DNA from: Octopus sinensis
Lineage: Eukaryota
Assembly (NCBI RefSeq): GCF_006345805.1
Contig: NC_043001.1
Span: 112,778,001 to 112,842,000 of the forward strand
DNA length: 64,000 nucleotides
Reading direction: 5' to 3'
Position 1 is the first letter of the stretch. Every line of letters begins with the position of its first letter. The translations under genes were made by a program, and so were the position numbers. This document shows positions 1 to 12,405 of this stretch, one piece after another. Below the pieces are notes generated by a model. The model did not search any database. It was not told the DNA's origin and was given only the letters and a program-made list of their open reading frames with translations.

Positions 1-460
1 ATGCTGCTGCCTCTGTGACCAACCAACCCATCAGCAAAGTACACAAGCCTAATGGAGCTCAACTGTAAAAGTTACTTGCGTCGCTATGGCACCTTTTTCA
101 CAACTTTCAAAGAGAGCACCAGTATCTTGTGGGCAGTGTTAGATAAGACAGTCATATAAGAATGATCAAAATATTGCAATCTCTGTCTTACAGAAAAACA
201 CCACACCCTACCTTGATCTGTGAATAAAAAGAATGCTCTAATTTTGATTTGTTGACATGTGCCCAAATTTTTCCTTGGGAATTTGAAAAAGGATTCACTG
301 ATGCATGACACTGCTTAGTCATTCCATTCCATTCCGTTCCGTTCCTTTCCTTTTCCAACTCACTGACTTGGTTGACTGAAAGGCTGATTAAACAAAACCA
401 GTGGTCTGGGTATGTAATCCTTGTTTCTCTCACATAAATCAAGCACAAACACACACAAAG

Positions 461-499
<39 letters not shown>

Positions 500-958
500 G
501 TTGTCACTGCCAGATACGTAATCAAGTCTTTTCTCTGATACAATGCCATTTTTAAGGAGAAAGGGAATAATCGAGTTAGTTGTGTTATTGATTTCTAAAC
601 AGTTGTAGACGGCCACAAATTTTAGGCGAAAGCACAGTGTCTAAGATCAAACTTCAGTTACTGACTAATAGTTATTTTATCGACCCATAAAAGGATGAAT
701 GGTAAAGTTGACATCAGTGGGAATTGAATGTAAAGAAATCTATCACAAGCTCTTATTTTATTGATCGCCAAAAGAAAGCAAGTCAACTTGATATAGAGCA
801 GAGTTTGAACTCAAAATCATAGACACCCTAAATCAGTAATCACTTGCAGTAGTTAAGTGAATGAAGAAGTCTCCACATGAGTGCCAGAAATAGCAGTTAA
901 GTTTTTCTCATCATGCCATCAGGAAAAAAAAAAAAGAGCACAGTGTATAGTATGGTCT

Positions 959-1380
959 TACTCTTTACTCTTTACTCTTTACTCTTTTACTTGTTTCGGT
1001 CATCTGACTGCGGCCATGCTGGAGCACCGCCTTCTAGTCGAGTAAATCGACCCCAGGACTTATTCTTTGTAAGCCTAGTACTTATTCTATCGGTCTCTTT
1101 TGCTGAACTGCTAAGTTACGGGGACATAAATACACTACCATCAGTTGTCAAGCAAATGGTGGGGGACAAGCACAGACACAAAAACATATACACATACACA
1201 TATATATACATATATACGACGGGCTTCTTCCAGTTTCCGTCTACCAAATCCACTCACAAGGCTTTGGTCGGCCCGAGGCTATAGTAGAAGACACTTGCCC
1301 AAGGTGCCACGCAGTGGGAATGAACCCAGAACCATGTGGTTGGTTAGCGAGCTACTTACCACGCAGCCAGTCCTGCGCCT
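959..1380 (-). mobile_element. tRNA-derived SINE, family A (~420 bp, internal (TA)n(TG)n)
   Basis: Near-identical to the other full-length family A copies in the window. The minus strand starts with a tRNA-like head carrying A-box-like (TGGCTGCGTGG) and B-box-like (GGTTCATTCCC) motifs and ends in a (GAGTAAA)n tail. Confidence 0.9.
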
Positions 1381-2193
1381 CGGTCTTGCATAGATTATTT
1401 TGAAATGTCATAGTTCTGGTTGGAGGGCTTTGATGAGGTTGCTTTATTGAAGTGAACCTGGGGCTAAACAGCAGCAGCAGCAGTAGTAGTGTTTTGTGTG
1501 TATGTGCGTTTCCATACTGATGATGGTTATCATACATTTACAGATTATTAAGGATTCTTTAAGCTACTCCTTTGGATTACAAAAACTTATGTTCTTTGAA
1601 TGGGTGTGGCAGCTGTTCTTTTGAGTGAATACAGAGAAATTTAAGCAACATTATGCAATGAGGCTTGTCCAAAAATACTATCTTTTGGCCCCATCTCTCT
1701 CAGTTTCACTTCTTTTCTTGCACACATATACCTTTATCTGTGTGTGTGTGTGTATGTTTGTGTAAATATGTGTGTGTGTGTGTATGTTTGTGTAAATATG
1801 TGTGTGTGTAAATGCATAGATGTCTGTGTGTGTGTATGTATATACATATATATATATATGTCCGTTCTTTAGTTTAAGTATTAGATCTCACAAATTTCAG
1901 AAATGTCAGTACTTTTATCTTCAAGCAGTTCTTTAAATTCAGTCGGAAAATATAATACATGAGTATAAAATACACTCATACAATGCGCACTTTAAACACA
2001 CGCGCATGCACACACACACACGCGCATGCACACACACGCGCGCGCACACACACACACAACACACACATCTTGTGGGAGCTTGTTCACATATATTCTGTAA
2101 CATTTTGTTGGCCAATGCCATGTGAGATGATTTTGGCAGAGTTGTGTTTGTTTAACATTGTGAAATAGCATCAAATTGCGTCCTTTTTACATG

Positions 2194-2237
<44 letters not shown>

Positions 2238-2399
2238 CTTAACAATTCAAGAATAGAAAGCAGTAAAATAATAAAATATATATAAAACTGAAACAAGTAC
2301 TAAAATTGACTAGGCTGTGTTCCTAGAAAGGCTATACTTTATCAAATGACTAACACTATTAAAAGAATTAAGGAACATACACATATGTTTATAAATATA

Positions 2400-2616
2400 C
2401 AAGGGGTAGCTGGAAAGTTCCTGGCTTTTAGGTAAAGGAAAATAAAAAAGGATTAGTTAATTATTTTATTTAATATATATTTTCCTCTCAGTTTCACACA
2501 CTTATTGCTGTGGTCCTTAAGTTTTTCTAAGCCCTGTAAAAGAACTTCGAAGGTTGGGCCTCCAACCATGCTTTTTGCGATACCCTTAGAACCAGGAACT
2601 TTTTGGCACCTTCTTG
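2400..2616. mobile_element. Tc1/mariner-type MITE
   Basis: Termini CAAGGGGTAGCTGGAAAGTTCCTGG and CCAGGAACTTTTTGGCACCTTCTTG are imperfect inverted repeats, with TA at the left flank. A second, split copy is adjacent. Confidence 0.7.
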
Positions 2617-2716
2617 TGTGTGTGTGTATACACAAGGGGGTGGGGTGCTGAAAAGTTCCTGGCTTTTGGGCAAAAGAAAATACAAGAGGATCAGTTAATT
2701 ATGATTTGATCCAACA

Positions 2717-3079
2717 CTAGCAGTATGACCCGGAAACGCCAGGTCATAGTGCTAGTGCATGCATATACAGCTGCGTGCATGCGCACACACGCGCGAGTAC
2801 TGTCCAAATCTCTGACCAGTCACATACAGCTAGCTGGCATTCAATTGGCGTATCAAGTTTTGGGCATTTTCATTGGGTTTTGGATAGAAAATTCACAAAA
2901 AAGTCACTTCTATTGATTTCTTAATGGCTCTGCGGGGTGACTGGGGAAGTGTAAAGATGTGCACGACCACCCTTGGACGGTTTTGAATGACCATAGAAAG
3001 TGCAACCCTCTAACTGAAAAATTATGGATTTGTATAAAGGACATGCACACAGTCATTTTGCCGTTTATATATATAGAGA
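2717..3079 (-). mobile_element. Non-autonomous Helitron
   Basis: The minus strand begins TCTCTATATATATAAACGGC (same style as 49220) and ends ...CCGGGTCATACTGCTAG followed by T, with a subterminal hairpin. Confidence 0.75.
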
Positions 3080-3091
3080 CATATATATACA

Positions 3092-3320
3092 GGCGAGCTG
3101 GCAGAAATGTTAGCACGCCGGGTGAGATGCGTAGCCGTATTTCGTCTGACATTACGTTCTGAGTTCAAATTCCGCCGAGGTCGACTTTGCCTTTCATCCT
3201 TTCGGGGTCAATAAATTAAGTACCAGTTACGCACTGGGGTCGATGTAATCGACTTAATCCCTTTGTCTGTCCTTGTTTGTCCCCTCTTGTGTTTAGCCCC
3301 TTGTGGGTAGTAAAGAAATA
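3092..3320 (+). mobile_element. tRNA-derived SINE, family B (~230 bp)
   Basis: Head GGCGAGCTGGCAGAA...GAGTTCAAATTCC (A/B-box-like), central GCCTTTCATCCTTTCGGGGTC motif, 3' end GTGGGTAGTAAAGAAATA. Many copies in the window. Confidence 0.9.
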
Positions 3321-3333
3321 TATATATATATAC

Positions 3334-3453
3334 ATATACGGCCATATCACGTTGAAAGCACCGGTTCTTGTCTGATCACCGAAGTTAAGCAACGTCGAGC
3401 CTAGTCAGTACTTAGATGGGTGACCGCTTGGGAAATCTAGGTGCAGTAAGCAT
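3334..3453 (+). rRNA. 5S: 5S rRNA full-length copy (probably retroposed, or the head of a chimeric element)
   Basis: TACGGCCATATCACGTTGAAAGCACCGGTTCTTGTCTGATCACCGAAGTTAAGCAACGTCGAGCCTAGTCAGTACTTAGATGGGTGACCGCTTGGGAAATCTAGGTGCAGTAAGCAT aligns by eye end to end with metazoan 5S rRNA (box A, intermediate element and box C positions). No oligo-T terminator follows. Confidence 0.9.
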
Positions 3454-3464
3454 AGCAGAATGTT

Positions 3465-3635
3465 ACTACACTCGCGGAGTGGTTGGCGTTAGGAAAGGCA
3501 TCCAGCCGTAGAAACACTGCCAGATAAGACTGGAGCCTGGTGCAGCCTCTGGCTTCCCAGACCCCGGTCGAACCGTCCAACCCGTGCTAGCGCGGAAAGC
3601 GGACGTTAAATGATGATGATGATGATGATGATGAT
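3465..3635 (+). mobile_element. Family D retroposon 3' tail with (GAT)n, fused to the 5S copy
   Basis: ACTACACTCGCGGAGTGGTTGGCGTTAGGAAAGGCATCCAG...GGACGTTAAA(TGA)n matches the tails at 13469, 48191, 60063 and 62252. Confidence 0.85.
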
Positions 3636-4195
3636 TCCCCACTCAGATGTATGCACTTATTGCAGTGGTCCTTCAGTTTTTCTAAGCCTTGTAAAAGAAC
3701 TCTGAAGGTTGGGCCCATTATCACACCTTTCACGATACCCTTAAAGCCAGAAACTTTTCAGCACATCCTTGAATATATGGAGAAACAATCAACTAGATGG
3801 AATGTTTGTGTGTGTTTAAGTGAGAGAATGACAAAATCCTTCCATACAAACATTCCAATCACCTACTTGTTTCACCATGTTCTGATATTACTCATACCTT
3901 AAAATTCCCTTCTTTTTGTCCCTTATTTCATTTTGTTTTTTTTTGTAAAATGCTTAATTGTTTTCTCACTTGATTTTCTTTCCCTCTATTTCTGTCTTAA
4001 CTCTTGTCTTCAATAATTCCCTAATTGTCATTCTTTTAAGATTTCTTTCTTTATGGAACCTTCCCTTTTTTCCATTCCCTAATTTTGCTATTGAATCCCT
4101 CTCCACTTATGTATTTCCGACCCTTCTTTTGTCTTCTTCAAGCTGCACTTGAAATTCAAGAGGAGTATAAATACCTGAGTAACAAATTCATCATT

Positions 4196-5524
4196 ACACA
4201 CACACACACACACACACCACACACACACACTCATACACATACACACACTCATACACATACACACACTCATACACACACACACTCAGACACACACACACTC
4301 ATACACACACACACTCATACACACACACACACTCATACACACACACACCATACACACACACACACTCATACAACACACACTCATACACACACTCATACAC
4401 ACACACTCATACACCACACACACTCAACACACACACACACTCTACACACACACACACACACACACACACTCATACACACACACCACTCATACACACACAC
4501 CACCACTCATACACACACACCACTCATACACATATACACACACTCATACACACACACACTCATCACACACACACTCATACACACACACTCATACACACAC
4601 ACACTCATACACAACACACACACTCATACACACACACACTCATACACATACACACACTCATACACACACATACACTCACACACACACACACTCACCACAC
4701 ACACACACACACTCATACCACACACACACAACACACACACTCATACATACACACACTCATACCACACACACACACACACACACAACACACTCATACACAC
4801 ACACACACTCATACACACACACACTCATACACACACTCATACACACACACTCATACACACACACACTCATACACATACACACACTCATACACACACACAC
4901 TCATACACACACACACACTCATACACACACACACTCATCACACACACACACACACACCACTCATACACACACACACACTCATCACACACACACACACTCA
5001 TACACACACACACATACACACACACTCACACACACACTCATACACACACACACACACAGACACACATACACACACACACACTCATACACACACACACTCA
5101 TACATACACACACACACTCACACACACACACACTCACACACACACTCATACACACACACACACACACACTCATGCACACACACACACTCATACACAACAC
5201 ACACACACTCACACACACACACACACACCACAGACACACATACACACCACACTCATACACACACACACTCATACACAACACACATACACACACACTCATA
5301 CACATACACACACTCATACACACACACACACACACACAACACACACACACACACATACACACACACACTCATACACACACACACTCATACACACACACAC
5401 TCACACACACACACACTCACACACACACACACTCATACACACACACACACTCATACACACACACACACATACACATACACACATACACACACACACTCAT
5501 ACACACACACACTCATACACACAC

Positions 5525-5556
<32 letters not shown>

Positions 5557-5650
5557 TCATACACACACACACTCATACACACACACACACATACACATAC
5601 ACACACACACACACTCATACACACACACACTCATACACACTCACACACAC
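4196..5650. repeat. ~1.45 kb compound (CA)n / CTCATA(CA)n array
   Basis: Continuous CA dinucleotide runs punctuated by CTCATA, visible directly. It generates the spurious His-Thr and Cys-Val ORFs. Confidence 0.95.
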
Positions 5651-5810
5651 AAAGTTATAAATATATATATATTATATACACACGCACGTTTTGTATATGC
5701 AGGTGTGTGTGTATACTTATATGTTTACTTGTATATAATAAATGTGTGTATTCTGAGAACATTGCATGCACATGTACACATACACGCATGCAGAAACGTA
5801 CACATGCATG

Positions 5811-5846
<36 letters not shown>

Positions 5847-6684
5847 AACACACATGCACACAAAATATTTCGCATAAATATACAAAACAAACTCGACTTT
5901 TGTTTCAAGTAGAATTAAAACTTTTGAAAGTGTAAAAATTAAAATATTGCTTAATAGATGTAAAATAATGAAATTAAAACGAAATAAAGTCTGGGAAAGT
6001 GATTTAGGAAAATAAACCTCAAGATGTAAAAAAAAATTATAAAGTAAAAATGAAAACTAATAAACAGACTGGAAAACATGCATTTTAAAGAGGAATATCC
6101 ACTGAAATGGAAGGAATGGTATTTCATTTTTGGCTGTGAAGAATTTAAATCAAAGCCACATCAAAGATGCGTTAGCTCAGCACTCTTTCACTAATGCTAC
6201 TACTACTACTATTACCACAACTACTGCTGCTGCCGCTGCCGCCGCCACCACCATCACCACCACCACACCACCACCAATACCACTGTCACCATCACTACTA
6301 CTACTTTTGTAGCCATAAGTGTGATGGACATTGCAAGGGCAAATTACAAAAGTATATATGGGTTAGAAAAACTATAACTAATAATTGTTTCTGATAAAGA
6401 CACGAAGTTTGAAATTTAAAGGAAGAGTATAAATCATCATATCAACCCCAGTATTTAACTGGTACTTCATGTTGACTTTTGCAAGACTGGAACTCAGAAT
6501 GTAAAGAACCATAATAGATAATACCAGGTATTTTCTCCCAGAGTTTATTAGAAGAGGTGGAGTCCAATCAAATTAAATTGATTGTTATTTATTTTATTAA
6601 CCTTAAATTAATGAAGGGATTGATGAAGGGCACAATCAATCATAGCAAGATCTTCTGCATTGAGACAAATATGTATTTTGCATA

Positions 6685-7074
6685 TCTTTTATTTGTTTCA
6701 CTCATTTCACTATGGCCATGCTGGGGCACAACCTAGAATGGTTTTACTTGAACAAATCAACACCAGAACTTTCTTTTTTAAGCCTAATACTTATTTTATC
6801 TGTCTCTTTTGCCAGACTGCTAAGTTATTAGGATGTAAACACCATCACATGCTGTCAAGTGGTGGTGATCATGGGGACAAACAGAGACACAAAGACACAC
6901 ACACACATACACACACACACTCATATATATACAAAGAGCTTCTTTCAGTTTCCATCTACCAAATCCATTCACAAGTCTTTGGTTGGCTCAAAGCTATAGT
7001 AGAAAACACTTGTCCAAAATGCCACACAGTGGCAGGAACCAAACTTCTTATACATCACAGCCACGTCTCTGCCT
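6685..7074 (-). mobile_element. Degenerate SINE family A
   Basis: Same module order as family A with many substitutions. Confidence 0.7.
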
Positions 7075-7460
7075 CACAGGCTTCCACACAGTTTCTGGGC
7101 TAAATGTTTATAAAGTGTGTGTATGCATGCATATATATATATATATAATGAAAATAAAATAACATATGCTCTCAAAAAATAATGATGATGATAAGAATGA
7201 TAATAATAGTTTCTTAATGTAAATGAAGCTTGGCATGTCAAGGGAGATGAAATCACATTTATAAATCAGAATTTCTGACATTTCCCTCTTTGACATTTTA
7301 TCGGAATGAAAAAAAAAATTTTAGGAAAGAAAGAAATTCTAAAATTTGGTAGTGCCAACAACAATAATAATTTATCTAAACACATGACTAATTTTATCTC
7401 GGAGAAGAATTATAAATTGATTCAGAAAGCACCTCAGTATTTTGTTAGTACTTATTGGAG

Positions 7461-7600
<140 letters not shown>

Positions 7601-8134
7601 AGAGAGAGGAGTTGATCTTAGCATGATTTGAACTCTGTGCAATTGAAGTGTTGGAACAGTTCTTGAGTATAGAATCCAGTACTTTAGATTCTCCCATAAT
7701 ATAATCTATAGAGGTTTGAGTTTGATAATAAGTTTCCTTCTGTGTTGGTATTTAGATAAAACAGAAGACAAGACTGTTGCTATCTGGTGCGGTTGTTAGT
7801 TGTCACCTGGAGAAATAATTTTCTCCCATCTGGTAGAGTAGTTTACTGTGGTCTGACGGGGATAAATAGATTTACCATCATCTGGTGAAGCAGTTTATTG
7901 TCCTCTTGTGAATCCGGTGGAATAGTATGGATAGTTGTTAATTAATGGAAAATAGTTTAATGACTTCTGGTAGAATAGATTAGTGGCATCTGCTGAAGTA
8001 TCTTTGCTGACTGTACATTGGGATAATTTAATCCTATGTATGTTAAAGCGATAACTGAAGATGAAGTCACAGTCACACATGCATAAACACACACACACAC
8101 ACACACATTAACACACACACACACACACACACGT

Positions 8135-8170
<36 letters not shown>

Positions 8171-8191
8171 ATACACACACACACACACACT

Positions 8192-8400
8192 TATTTCTTT
8201 TCTACCCACAAGGGGCTAAACACAGAGAGGACAAACAAGGACAGATTAAGTCGATTATATCAACCCCAGTGCGTAACTGGTACTTATTTAATCGACCCCC
8301 GAAAGGATGAAAGGCAAAGTCGACCTCGGCGGAATTTGAACTCAGAACGTAACGGCAGACAAAATACGGCTACGCATTTCGCCCGACGTGCTAACGTTTC
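8192..8400 (-). mobile_element. SINE family B
   Basis: Reverse complement of the family B sequence; slightly truncated at the head. Confidence 0.9.
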
Positions 8401-8587
8401 ACACACACACTAACACACATACACATAAACACACATAGACAATGAGACATATGTACACTCATAAGTTTTCACATTAATATACAATGATAATAATGCAGTG
8501 ATAATAAAAAAAAAAGAGGGGTACAAAAAAAAAAACGAGGGGTACCTTAAGAAAAGAATTTCCGAACCTATAATAATTAAATCTGAA

Positions 8588-8818
8588 GGCGGCAAGCTGG
8601 CAGAAACGTTAGCACGCCGGGCGAAATGCGTAGCCGTATTTCGTCTGCCGTTACGTTCTGGGTTCAAATTCCGCCGTGGTCGACTTTGCCTTTCATCCTT
8701 TCGGGGTCGATAAATTAAGTACCAGTTATGCACTGGGGTCGATATAATCGACTTAATCCGTTTGTCTGTCCTCGTTTGTCCCCTCTGCGTTTAGCCCCTT
8801 GTGGGTAGTAAAGAAATA
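8588..8818 (+). mobile_element. SINE family B
   Basis: Full copy from GGCGGCAAGCTGG to GTAAAGAAATA. Confidence 0.9.
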
Positions 8819-9277
8819 TATAATAATTAAAGCTATCTAACATTTGTCGTATGGAGGCTGAATTCTTCATTGCCATCAGTGCCATAATTGTCAAGATCAC
8901 TACATCTCTTTGCAGTGAGAGTAGATGACTGGCATCAGTAATGGTGATGATAGTGGTAAATATTTTTGTGGTTGTGAAGCTGTTGTTGTTATTGTAGCTA
9001 AACGCTTCCCAACTACAATAGCCCCAGTGATTTGTCCCCTACTGCGACTTTAGTTATGCTACAGTAAGCCTCCTCCTATCTCTCTCATCTCGTCACTCTA
9101 AATACACCATTATTATTGCTGCCACTGCCATTATCATTGTCGGCACCCTCTCTTTTCACTTTTTACCTGTTTTATTTATTCCTTCATAATATTACTACAC
9201 ATTTAATGTGACCCCGCCCCACCCTCCTGTAAAAGTTTGAGAATTTCATGAATGTTTTTCATTAATAGATGATGATG

Positions 9278-9329
<52 letters not shown>

Positions 9330-10651
9330 TGCATAATGGATTATTTATTAAGAGAAGCATAATGTAAGTAATTCATGAATGAATCAAAAGGACTTTTGTT
9401 ATTTTTTTAGGGTGGTATTTAGATACTTCCTAACAATGACCCCGCTGTCATTAGGCCTCATACAGATGAATAATTTCCTTTGAGGAAATGCTGGACCAAT
9501 TTAGTAAGGGCTTGGGTGGGGGGTGATATGAGGTTGTAATCAATAGAATTGAAACCAATATCCCACTGATATTTATTTTATTACCTCATTCCCCTGGAGA
9601 GATGAAAGTTCATGCATAGCCTCCTCCTCTTCAGTAGGAACAGTTTGTTACCTCAGCTTTATGGTAATGCTGTGGTCTCAAGGTGAGGCACTTATTGGTA
9701 TTTACTGTTATCTACCGGTAGTAGTGCTGTACTAATACTTCCATTAGTTCTTCTCTGCACCGAAAATATTTATGTAGATGATAAATGAATCTGTGTATCA
9801 AGGGTGGCAGATTATTTGATTATCTTTATAACTGCCCCCACACCTTCCATCCCCCACCCCCCAGTTTCTTACTTGTTCTAACTTTGATGTACTGCAAATG
9901 TTCAAGGACAACTACATTCGTTTGAGCTTAGATACAGCGTGAAAGACAGATCTGGCATAACAAGGGTAACATCATTGATGAGATTGTGAATAGTGGTGAA
10001 AGGTTTCTAACAAAGTAACTGATTAATTGAGCCAATGATTAATCAAACAATTTGATTGGTTTATTGCTTAGTTAATTACTTGACTAACTAATAATAATAA
10101 TAATAAAAGAAGTGAAATAGAACCAGTGCATGTATTTTTATTGGCAAAATGACCCACCCATGAGTCAGCAGTATTTATATCCAGTCTGAATATTCTACCT
10201 GCTTCATACTGAAGCTGGTGAAATCCAGCCTCTCACACTTACCCCACAATGTTTATCTAAAAATAAACAATCATATCCCTAAAATCTCAAAGCTACAAGA
10301 TAATATGTGATTAATTTTTTTTTAAATGCCAATAAATAAACATCACATTTGACAGTAATCTGAATACTTAAAAGGTTTAAGTTTATAGAGTTACAAGGTT
10401 AACAATTCCTTCTTGCATAGTGCCCATCCCAAAGTTTTTTGAGAGAATCAGTATGATCAATACTTTAGAATTTCTAAAAAAAAATCCAAGATAAGCCCAG
10501 ATGTTACCTGCCATACATGCACACATGTGCATGATGCTTAATTTGGTAAATTAAGTTACAAGTGAAAAGAAAAAGCAAAAGTATATACAAACTTATCAGA
10601 TCTAGCTTCCTACACCAACCCTACAATGTCATTCTAAAAATATGCAACCAC

Positions 10652-10817
10652 AGGCGCAGGAGTGGCTGTGTGGTAAGTAGCTTGCTTACCAACCACATAG
10701 TTCCGGGTTCAGTCCCACTGCGTGGCATCTTGGGCAAGTGTATTCTACTATAGCCTCGGGCCGACCAAAGCCTTGTGAGTGGATTTGGTAGACGGAAACT
10801 GAAAGAAGCCCGTCGTA

Positions 10818-10864
<47 letters not shown>

Positions 10865-11076
10865 CTGTGTTTGTCCCCTCCCAACATCGCTTGACAACCG
10901 ATGCTGGTGTGTTTATATCCCCGTTACTTAGCGGTTCGGCAAAGAGACCGATAGAATAAGTACTGGGCTTACAAAAGAATAAGACCCGGGGTCGAGTTGC
11001 TCGATTAAAGGCGGTGCTCCAGCATGGCCGCAGTCAAATGACTGAAACAAGTAAAAGAGTAAAAGAGTAAAAGAGT
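10652..11076 (+). mobile_element. SINE family A, inserted in a degenerate piggyBac-like MITE
   Basis: Full family A copy. The flanks (~10590-10651 and 11077-11187) resemble consecutive parts of the 35809-36001 MITE and end AATGCTAAAGAGTTAA. Confidence 0.85.
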
Positions 11077-11485
11077 TAGTACATCACCAAAATTTCAAAG
11101 CTATGAGATAATGCATGATTAATTCAAAACAATGGGAATAAATAAGCATGACATTTGCCAGAGTAATCTGAATGCTAAAGAGTTAAACCAGCAAACATTC
11201 ACACAGACACGACTGCTGAGATACACATAGACAAATACACACAGACACACACATACATACATATGTGCACACACATACATAGGTCTTCTGCACACTCTAT
11301 TGAATTTCGTAGACAAAGTTAACCGGCGTCTCTAGGTAGAAGTTATCTGCCTTAATTGCCTAAGTACTGTGCAATGCAGTTGAACCTAGGACTACACGGG
11401 TTGCCAAATGAACTCCTTAATCATATGATTATGATTCTCTGAAAAATGTTCAGTTTTCTCATTAGCTCATTATGTTCTCTGTCAT

Positions 11486-11536
<51 letters not shown>

Positions 11537-12015
11537 TCTCTCTCTGCTGCTGCTCATGAGGTAAAAACTGCTTGATACATCATAGTACTTCTGGCTCTTC
11601 AGCTGGGAGGCTAACATCTTATCAATATAATTATGTCTGTTGATATACTTATATGCAGAGGTGAAACAACTGTGTATGAATAAGATATTGGATTATCAGC
11701 TCATATAACATTTTACTATGTTTGAGACAACATTGTTTAAATCTGCATGATTTAAATAGCATAACAGTCAGTAAGAGGTACTGTTTTGTTCCAGAAATGT
11801 TTCTTATTAACTATCTGGCAGTAGAATCATATTTCGTTTCGACACACCTCAATCCAGAACTAAGCCAGCATTGTCTTTGAAACCCTGTGGCATCCGTTTA
11901 ATCATTTTATACTCCACCCCTCTCTGTATGTGTGTGTTAACATTTATTCTTACTTCCAGTTTTCTCATGCTAGCACAGTTTAGATGACTATCTGTATTGA
12001 GACATTGTTTTAGAG

Positions 12016-12350
12016 CTGTGGTTCTCCACCGGGTCCTATGGCCCCTGAGGAGGCCATATAAGAATTTTGGGGTCCTCGCAGCAAAATAGTAAATTGGGGA
12101 TCCACAATAGTATTTTAAGGGCACTTGAAAATATTTTGCTTTAGAAACATATGTATCAGAAGAATTAGCTAGTTTTTTTTTTCTCTAATATTTTACATAG
12201 TTCAACCTACACAAGTTAATGTGAGGAAAACAAAATAGAAATTTTGAAAGAAGATTCTATAAAACTAGTTTTTTGAATGGCTATGGGGGTCCTCCAAAAT
12301 AAAATAGAAATCAAAGGGGTTGATAGATGAAAAACGGTTGAGAATCTCTG
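12016..12350. mobile_element. hAT-type MITE
   Basis: TIR-like ends CTGTGGTTCTCCACC and GGTTGAGAATCTCTG; 8-bp TSD TTTTAGAG/TTTTAGTG. A related copy lies at 40511-40822. Confidence 0.7.
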
Positions 12351-12405
12351 TTTTAGTGCTAGATATTCTTCCTGTTGTTAATCCCCACCCGTTTTTCAAA
12401 TTATG

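Larger units (their letters stand above)
2633..3771. mobile_element. Tc1/mariner-type MITE split by nested insertions (halves 2633-2716 and 3636-3771)
   Basis: The left half matches the first ~80 bp of the 2400-2616 MITE and 3636-3771 matches its remainder. TIRs are GTGCTGAAAAGTTCCTGGCTTT and AAAGCCAGAAACTTTTCAGCAC. Confidence 0.7.

Noticed and set aside
913-1393. Recurrent ORFs such as ...[15 protein letters not shown]... and ...DCGHAGAPP... (many times in the track)
   Set aside because: These are reading frames of SINE family A. Likewise the MVVIPAVLFHH, AETLARRAKC and CRWHVK ORFs derive from families C, B and D.
4085-5935. 616-aa His/Thr-rich ORF
   Set aside because: Translation of the (CA)n array, which cannot contain stop codons in this frame. 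No domain or splice evidence.
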